This document shows positions 6,129-11,345 of a stretch of DNA of 11,345 bases, piece by piece (position 1 is the first letter of the stretch; each line of letters opens with the position of its first letter). The position numbers and the translations under genes are program-made. The DNA comes from Deltaproteobacteria bacterium. GTDB lineage: Bacteria; Myxococcota_A; UBA9160; SMWR01. The DNA lies in NCBI GenBank assembly GCA_032128375.1, contig JAQBGU010000014.1:1-11345 (forward strand), read 5' to 3'. The notes below the pieces were generated by a model. It had not been told where the DNA came from, ran no database searches, and saw only the letters and a program-made list of their open reading frames with translations.

Positions 6129-6699
6129 ATGAAGATTTCCATGGATCGCATGACTGAAAAACCAACCGGCGTATCGTTCGTGGCGGAGCGGGCCTGGTTG
6201 GAGACGAGGCTGGGAGATCCATGGCCTACGGAGGATCTTGCGGGTCCGCTGCGGTTCTCGTGTCAGGCTCAGATGATCGGGGACGATCTGTTCATCGAGG
6301 GGCTGGCCGAAGGAGAGGCAGATCTCCAATGCGGTCGCTGTCTCGGGGCGCTATCGTCAAGGGTTGAGTGAGGGGTTTCGGCTCGTCTTGGAGCCGGCCG
6401 GTAACCGGGTTCCCACGGATCCAGAAGGCGTACTTGCGCTGTCTCGCGACGGTGTGTGTCTGGGAGATGAGTTGGAGGCGGGTTGGTATCAGGGCAGGCA
6501 GATCGATCTGGGGGCGATTTTTGTGGAAGTCGTTTCGCTGGCGTTGCCAGCGAGTCCATTGTGTCGAGATGACTGCGCCGGCCTCTGCCAACACTGCGGT
6601 GTGAACCGATCGATAGCGGTATGCAATTGTGAGGAGACACCGAAAGACTCGCCGTTCGCGGTCCTGGCGGGTCTCCGAGAGGAAATGCACAGGAAATGA
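6129..6699 (+). pseudogene. yceD: YceD/DUF177 family protein (23S rRNA accumulation), interrupted by one extra base (real frameshift or sequencing error)
   Basis: The N-half (MKISMDRM...LQCGRCL) and C-half (...IDLGAIFVEVVSLALPASPLCRDDCAGLCQHCGVN...CNC...[10 protein letters not shown]) are in different frames. The span is 571 nt = 190 codons + 1; removing one G from GGGG 6345-6348 gives a continuous 189-aa ORF. GGAG at 6118-6121; canonical position upstream of rpmF. Confidence 0.88.
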
Positions 6700-6715
6700 G
6701 CCAAGGAGACGAATC

Positions 6716-6898
6716 ATGATTGCACCGAAGCGTCGAACCTCGAAGGCCAAGCGCGATATGCGCCGCTCCCACGATGCGCTCGCAGCTCCGCCGAGGAGCC
6801 TGTGTCCACAGTGTCGTGAGCCGAAAATGCCGCACCGGGTGTGTCCGAACTGTGGGACCTATCGCGGTCGCGAAGTCATACAGACCGACGAGGAGTAG
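6716..6898 (+). CDS. rpmF: 50S ribosomal protein bL32, zinc-ribbon (C+) form
   Basis: [22 protein letters not shown]...CPQC...[16 protein letters not shown] (60 aa); AAGGAG at 6703-6708. Confidence 0.97.
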   Translation: MIAPKRRTSKAKRDMRRSHDALAAPPRSLCPQCREPKMPHRVCPNCGTYRGREVIQTDEE

Positions 6899-6906
6899 TC
6901 GATCCG

Positions 6907-7866
6907 GTGCTTGCTTTACTCTTCCCCGGCCAGGGATCGCAGGAAGTGGGGATGGGCCGCGAGGTTTATCACGCCTCGGCTGCAGCTCGCGAAGTGTTCG
7001 ACGCCGCAGACCAGGCGTTGGGCTTTTGCTTGTCGAAGATCTGCTTCGAAGGCCCGGAAGAGGAACTGCTCCGAACCGAGTTGCAACAACCCGCGATCCT
7101 GACGACTGGCATCGCACTGCTGCGAGCGTTGCAACAACAAACGGAAGTTGCACCGAGCTATGTGGCCGGTCACAGTTTGGGCGAATACACCGCACTGGTT
7201 GCATCGGGGGCGGTCGACTTCGGAGACGCGGTGCGGTTGGTCAACGCGCGCGGCCGATTCATGCAGGAAGCAGTGCCCGAAGGCCGGGGCGCGATGGCGG
7301 CGATTCTGGGGCTTTCGCCTGGCGACGTGCAACTGGCTTGCCAGGCAGCGGCCGCAGCCACGGGAAAGATCGTTACACCGGCCAACTACAACTCTCCACA
7401 GCAGACAGTCATTGCCGGAGATGCAGCGGCGGTCGAAGTCGCGTGCTCACGAGCGCGCCAGGAAGGTGCGAAACGAACCATTCCGCTGGCGGTATCTGCG
7501 CCGTTCCACTGCGGGTTGATGGCTCCGGCCGCTGAAAAACTCGCCTTGGAACTCGCGCGTGTACATTTCCGCGAAACTGTGGTGCCGGTAGTGACCAACG
7601 TCGAAGCCACTCCAAATACCGATAGCACGCGGGTGGCTGCGCTTCTGGAAGCGCAGGTGACAGCGCCGGTGCGGTTTGTCGAAATGGTCGAAAAGCTGGT
7701 GGAACTGGGTGTGACACGGGTTTTGGAGGTGGGCACGGGTCGCGTCTTGAGCGGCCTGGTTGCACGTACCTCTCGCAAACTTCAGCGCGCGTGTCTTTCA
7801 ACGTTGGGTGACATGGCCGACGCCGCTAGCTTTGTTTCGCTCGCGCGGGGCGTGGACGCGTGCTAA
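6907..7866 (+). CDS. fabD: Malonyl-CoA:ACP transacylase
   Basis: [13 protein letters not shown], catalytic [35 protein letters not shown] start at 6907 with AGGAG at 6891-6895. Confidence 0.96.
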   Translation: MLALLFPGQGSQEVGMGREVYHASAAAREVFDAADQALGFCLSKICFEGPEEELLRTELQQPAILTTGIALLRALQQQTEVAPSYVAGHSLGEYTALVASGAVDFGDAVRLVNARGRFMQEAVPEGRGAMAAILGLSPGDVQLACQAAAAATGKIVTPANYNSPQQTVIAGDAAAVEVACSRARQEGAKRTIPLAVSAPFHCGLMAPAAEKLALELARVHFRETVVPVVTNVEATPNTDSTRVAALLEAQVTAPVRFVEMVEKLVELGVTRVLEVGTGRVLSGLVARTSRKLQRACLSTLGDMADAASFVSLARGVDAC

Positions 7867-7889
7867 GCGCTCAGCCAGGGGGGTCGGGA

Positions 7890-8126
7890 ATGGAACTGGA
7901 AAACCGCGTGTCGGAGATCATCATCGAGCAACTCGGAATCACCAGAGATGAGCTCGTCGCGAAAGCGAGCTTTATCGATGACCTCGGCGCCGATTCGCTC
8001 GACATCGTCGAACTCGTGATGGCGATGGAAGAAGAGTTCGATATCGAAATACCGGATGACGACGCCGAAAAGATCCAGACCATCGGCGATGCAGTGAGCT
8101 ACGTGAAGGGAAGGCTCGAGACCTGA
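7890..8126 (+). CDS. acpP: Acyl carrier protein
   Basis: 78-aa acidic protein with [27 protein letters not shown] (phosphopantetheine Ser in DSL). Confidence 0.98.
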   Translation: MELENRVSEIIIEQLGITRDELVAKASFIDDLGADSLDIVELVMAMEEEFDIEIPDDDAEKIQTIGDAVSYVKGRLET

Positions 8127-9376
8127 TGCCCCGCACCTCCACCAGACGACGCGTCGTCGTCACGGGTATTGGGTGTGTCACTCCGCTTGGAGCCAATGTC
8201 GAATCGACATGGAACGCGGCAATCGCGGGGCGTTGTGGGGTCGCAGATCTCACTCGGTTCGATTCCTCGGCGTTTCCCGTTCGCATCGCTGCGGAATGCG
8301 CGGACGAGTTCGATGTGGGTGAGCTTCCCAAAAAGGAAATGCGGCGGCTCGACCGGTACGTTCTGCTGGCGGTCGCAGCGGCGCGAGAGGCCGTGCTGGA
8401 TGCCGGAATCCAATTCGAAGAGCAAGCGAGAGACAGGGTCGGGGTCGCGATCGGATCGGGTATCGGCGGTCTGCAGACGCTGTCCGATGCCCATCGCGCG
8501 CTGTATGACTCGGGCCCACGAAGAGTTTCCCCGTTCACGATTCCAATGTCGATCTGCAACATGGCCAGCGGTTACGTCGCCATCGTGCATCAGTTGCGCG
8601 GACCGAATCTGACCCAAACGGCGGCTTGTGCGTCTGGCGCGCACTCCATCGGCGAGGCCGCGCGAGTCATCGAGCGCGGCGACGCCGATGTGATGCTCGC
8701 CGGCGGCTCGGAAGCTCCGATTACCGAGATCGGGCTCGCGGGTTTCGCCAGTATGCGAGCGCTGTCGACACGCAACGAAGGACCTGGCGCCGCGAGCCGG
8801 CCGTTCGATTTGGATCGCGACGGGTTCGTGATCGGAGAGGGCGCCGGGGTGTTGGTGCTCGAGTCTCTGGAACACGCTCAGGCACGAGGTGCCACGATAC
8901 GGGCGGAGGTTCTGGGCTACGGCATGACGGCAGATGCGGCCTCCATCGCGCAGCCGACGGAATCCGGCGAAGGGGCCCTTCGCAGCATGCAGCTCGCACT
9001 GGCCGATGCGGATCTGCCGCCCACAGCGGTCGATTACATCAACGCCCATGCGACCAGTACGCCCCAGGGCGATCCGTCCGAGGTGCGAGCCATTCGCAGC
9101 CTGTTCGGCTCGCATGTCGACTGCGTCGCGGTGTCGGCCACTAAGTCGATGACGGGTCATCTGTTGGGCGCTGCAGGAGCCGTCGAGGCCCTGTTTTGTG
9201 TGAAGGCGCTCCAGACCGGCATGCTGCCACCCACCATCAACCTCGAGCGTCCGGATCCGGAATGCGAGTTGGACCACGTTGCCAACAAGCTGCGCCGGGC
9301 CAACATCAGCATCGCCTTGTCCAACTCACTCGGCTTCGGCGGAACCAACGCCACGCTGGTCATCGGTCGGAGTTAG
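8126..9376 (+). CDS. fabF: 3-oxoacyl-ACP synthase II
   Basis: RRVVVTGIG, catalytic Cys in TAACASG, SRPFDLDRDGFVIGEGAG, His motifs NAHATST and KSMTGHLLGAAG, SNSLGFGGTN; TGATG overlap with the acpP stop. Confidence 0.96.
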   Translation: MPRTSTRRRVVVTGIGCVTPLGANVESTWNAAIAGRCGVADLTRFDSSAFPVRIAAECADEFDVGELPKKEMRRLDRYVLLAVAAAREAVLDAGIQFEEQARDRVGVAIGSGIGGLQTLSDAHRALYDSGPRRVSPFTIPMSICNMASGYVAIVHQLRGPNLTQTAACASGAHSIGEAARVIERGDADVMLAGGSEAPITEIGLAGFASMRALSTRNEGPGAASRPFDLDRDGFVIGEGAGVLVLESLEHAQARGATIRAEVLGYGMTADAASIAQPTESGEGALRSMQLALADADLPPTAVDYINAHATSTPQGDPSEVRAIRSLFGSHVDCVAVSATKSMTGHLLGAAGAVEALFCVKALQTGMLPPTINLERPDPECELDHVANKLRRANISIALSNSLGFGGTNATLVIGRS

Positions 9377-9560
9377 CCCGTACCAGCAGGGACTCCAGCT
9401 CTTGCGCGTGCGCCGGCAGCTGGAAAATTTCGAAGCAATCGCTCTAGCTTCCGCGAGCGAAGATCTCCAAAGATTGGCAAACTGCGTCTTCACCGCCGGC
9501 CAGCAGCGCGCACCCGGCGACCCGAATTGATTCGACGGTCTGAATCGCACAGGAGAAGCG

Positions 9561-11276
9561 ATGGGAATGACGGATCGACCCATCGTGATGGCAAGCGATC
9601 ATCGTGGGTCGGCGCTCAAAGACGGGCTTCGCAAACTGCTCGAAGCGGATGGCTACGAAGTCCGAGACTACGGCACGCACGGCTCGGAGTCGGTCGACTA
9701 TCCGGCATTCGCCGCGCCCGCCGCCCGCGCGGTTGCTCGTGGCGAGGCCGACCGCGGCGTCGTGATCTGTGGCACTGGACTCGGTGTCGCGTATACGGCG
9801 AACCGCTTCGCGGGTGTTCGGGCTGCACTCGTTGCCGACGTAGAGACGGCGAAGCTCGCGCGCCAGCACAACGACGCCAACATGCTCGCGCTTTCAGGCG
9901 ACACGCTCGATGTAAAACTGGCGTGGGCGATCGTCCGCGCGTGGCTCGACGAACCCTTCGAAGGCGGACGGCACGTGCGCCGAGTCGGCTTGATCGATTC
10001 GTTGACCCACCAGGCAACAGATGGGGCGCTGGCGGCCGCGGACCCCGAAATCGCCGTCGCTGTCCGCGCCGAAACCCGACGCCAGGCGTTGTCACTAGAG
10101 CTCATCGCGTCGGAGAATTTCGTTTCTGAGGCCGTGCTGGAAGCCGTCGGTTCGGTGTTGACCAACAAATATGCCGAGGGATATCCCGGACGGCGCTACT
10201 ACGGCGGCTGTGACGAGGTCGACGAGGTCGAAACGCTCGCGATCGATCGAGCCAAGCAGCTGTTCGGTGCCGATCACGCCAACGTGCAGCCTCACTCAGG
10301 TTCGCAAGCAAACGAAGCGGTATATCGCGCAGTGCTCGACGTGGGCGATACGGTACTCGCCATGAACCTCGATCACGGTGGGCATCTCACGCATGGAAGC
10401 TCCGTCAATTTCTCGGGAAAGCTCTACCGGATCGTTCCGTACGGCGTACGTCAGGACACGGAGCGCATCGACTACGACGGACTCCGGGAGCTGGCGTTGA
10501 CGCACCGGCCGAAGATTATCCAGTGCGGAGCCACCGCATACTCGCGCGCAATCGATTTCGCCGCGTTTCGCGCCATCGCAGACGAGGTGGGAGCGGTGTT
10601 GTTCGCCGACATCGCGCACATCGCCGGCCTGGTCGTGTCGGGTGTTCACCAGAGCCCGCAAGGACACGCGCAGATCTACACGACGACGACCCACAAGACA
10701 CTTCGCGGACCCCGCGGAGGCCTGATTTTGAGCGACGAAGTCTGGGCGAAAAAGATCGACAGTGCAGTCTTCCCGGGAGGGCAGGGCGGGCCGCTGATGC
10801 ATGTGATCGCTGGCAAGGCCGTTGCGTTCCGCGAAGCGATGGCGCCAGCGTTCCGTGACTACTGCCGCCAGATCGTCGCGAATGCCCGCACTCTCGCAGA
10901 AGCGATCGTCTCGGCAGGCCACAAAGTCGTCGCGGGCGGCACCGACAACCATCTGTTCTTACTGTCGCTGGTGGATCGGGACGTCACCGGCAAGGCGGCC
11001 CAGATCTCCCTCGAGCGCGCCGGAATCACCACCAACAAGAACATGGTCCCATTCGACCCGCGCAAGCCGGCCGTGACGTCCGGCCTGCGCATCGGAACCC
11101 CGGCGGTCACCACGCGCGGCATGCGCGAAACGGAGATGGCCGAGATCGCCGGGCTGATCGCACGGGCGCTCGATCATCCGGGCGACGTGGAGCAGCTCGA
11201 CCGCATCCGCGAAGAGGTCGAGCTGCTGTGCCGCCGTGTCCCGTTGTATCCCGATCGCTGGGACGACGACGCCTGA
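9561..11276 (+). CDS. rpiB-glyA: Fused ribose-5-phosphate isomerase B (about aa 1-147) + serine hydroxymethyltransferase (rpiB-glyA fusion, 571 aa)
   Basis: RpiB motifs [31 protein letters not shown], followed in frame by SHMT motifs [55 protein letters not shown] (PLP lysine), [21 protein letters not shown] at 9551-9555; alternative start 9567. Confidence 0.94.
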   Translation: MGMTDRPIVMASDHRGSALKDGLRKLLEADGYEVRDYGTHGSESVDYPAFAAPAARAVARGEADRGVVICGTGLGVAYTANRFAGVRAALVADVETAKLARQHNDANMLALSGDTLDVKLAWAIVRAWLDEPFEGGRHVRRVGLIDSLTHQATDGALAAADPEIAVAVRAETRRQALSLELIASENFVSEAVLEAVGSVLTNKYAEGYPGRRYYGGCDEVDEVETLAIDRAKQLFGADHANVQPHSGSQANEAVYRAVLDVGDTVLAMNLDHGGHLTHGSSVNFSGKLYRIVPYGVRQDTERIDYDGLRELALTHRPKIIQCGATAYSRAIDFAAFRAIADEVGAVLFADIAHIAGLVVSGVHQSPQGHAQIYTTTTHKTLRGPRGGLILSDEVWAKKIDSAVFPGGQGGPLMHVIAGKAVAFREAMAPAFRDYCRQIVANARTLAEAIVSAGHKVVAGGTDNHLFLLSLVDRDVTGKAAQISLERAGITTNKNMVPFDPRKPAVTSGLRIGTPAVTTRGMRETEMAEIAGLIARALDHPGDVEQLDRIREEVELLCRRVPLYPDRWDDDA

Positions 11277-11279
11277 GCC

Positions 11280-11345
11280 GTGCGCTGTCCCTACTGCAGC
11301 GACGCCGTGAACAAGGTCATCGTCTCCCGACTCGGCCGCGATGGG
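11280..11345 (+). CDS. nrdR: Transcriptional repressor NrdR, 5' end only (runs off the window)
   Basis: GTG start 3 nt after the glyA stop reads MRCPYCSDAVNKVIVSRLGRDG, matching the NrdR N-terminal zinc ribbon M(K/R)CPxC...KVxDSR; glyA-nrdR adjacency is common. Not in the supplied ORF track. Confidence 0.85.
   Translation, partial: MRCPYCSDAVNKVIVSRLGRDG

Noticed and set aside
6269..7535. Long overlapping ORFs 6269-7204 (-, 311 aa) and 6720-7535 (+, 271 aa)
   Set aside because: Arg/Pro/Ser-rich, no recognisable motifs, fully overlapping yceD/rpmF/fabD; typical shadow ORFs of GC-rich DNA.
8099..9277. 392-aa antisense ORF over fabF (also 811-1554 over pilG and 10296-10952 over glyA)
   Set aside because: Antisense open frames arising from the codon bias of the real genes; no independent motifs or RBS evidence.
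6907..9376. Type II polyketide / secondary metabolite cluster (AT + ACP + KS)
   Set aside because: Sequences are canonical FabD, AcpP and FabF beside rpmF; no chain-length factor, cyclase or tailoring genes.
9444..9446. Pyrrolysine/stop read-through at the TAG in the minus-strand frame
   Set aside because: The frame is not established as a gene, and no pyl machinery is visible in the window.
10021..10026. Out-of-frame ATGGGG as the true glyA start, making the fusion a homopolymer artefact
   Set aside because: There is no SD before it, and adding a G would force rpiB to run on to 10129 with an implausible overlap of over 100 nt into glyA; the fused reading is more parsimonious, though reads should confirm.

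Overview
GC-rich bacterial chromosomal window with a gene order typical of Myxococcota/Desulfobacterota (former Deltaproteobacteria); the taxonomy is inferred from gene order only. It has three blocks. (1) The 3' half of a Myxococcus-type type IVa pilus locus on +: pilA-pilG-pilH-pilI-pilD. (2) On -, gltX followed 35 nt later by tRNA-Gln(CUG), converging on pilD across a 12-bp tandem repeat. (3) On +, a housekeeping run: yceD (split by a 1-nt frameshift)-rpmF-fabD-acpP-fabF, an in-frame rpiB-glyA fusion, and the start of nrdR. No mobile element, CRISPR array or clearly new multi-gene system is supported. The best leads are the RpiB-GlyA fusion; the 12-mer repeat whose variants are all synonymous for (IRPW)n and which sits one base out of frame with pilD; an aromatic-rich pilin matching proposed e-pilin rules; a tRNA-Gln with GluRS-type identity elements next to gltX; a fab operon lacking plsX/fabH/fabG; and the yceD frameshift. 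All assignments come from motif recognition by eye; no searches were run.
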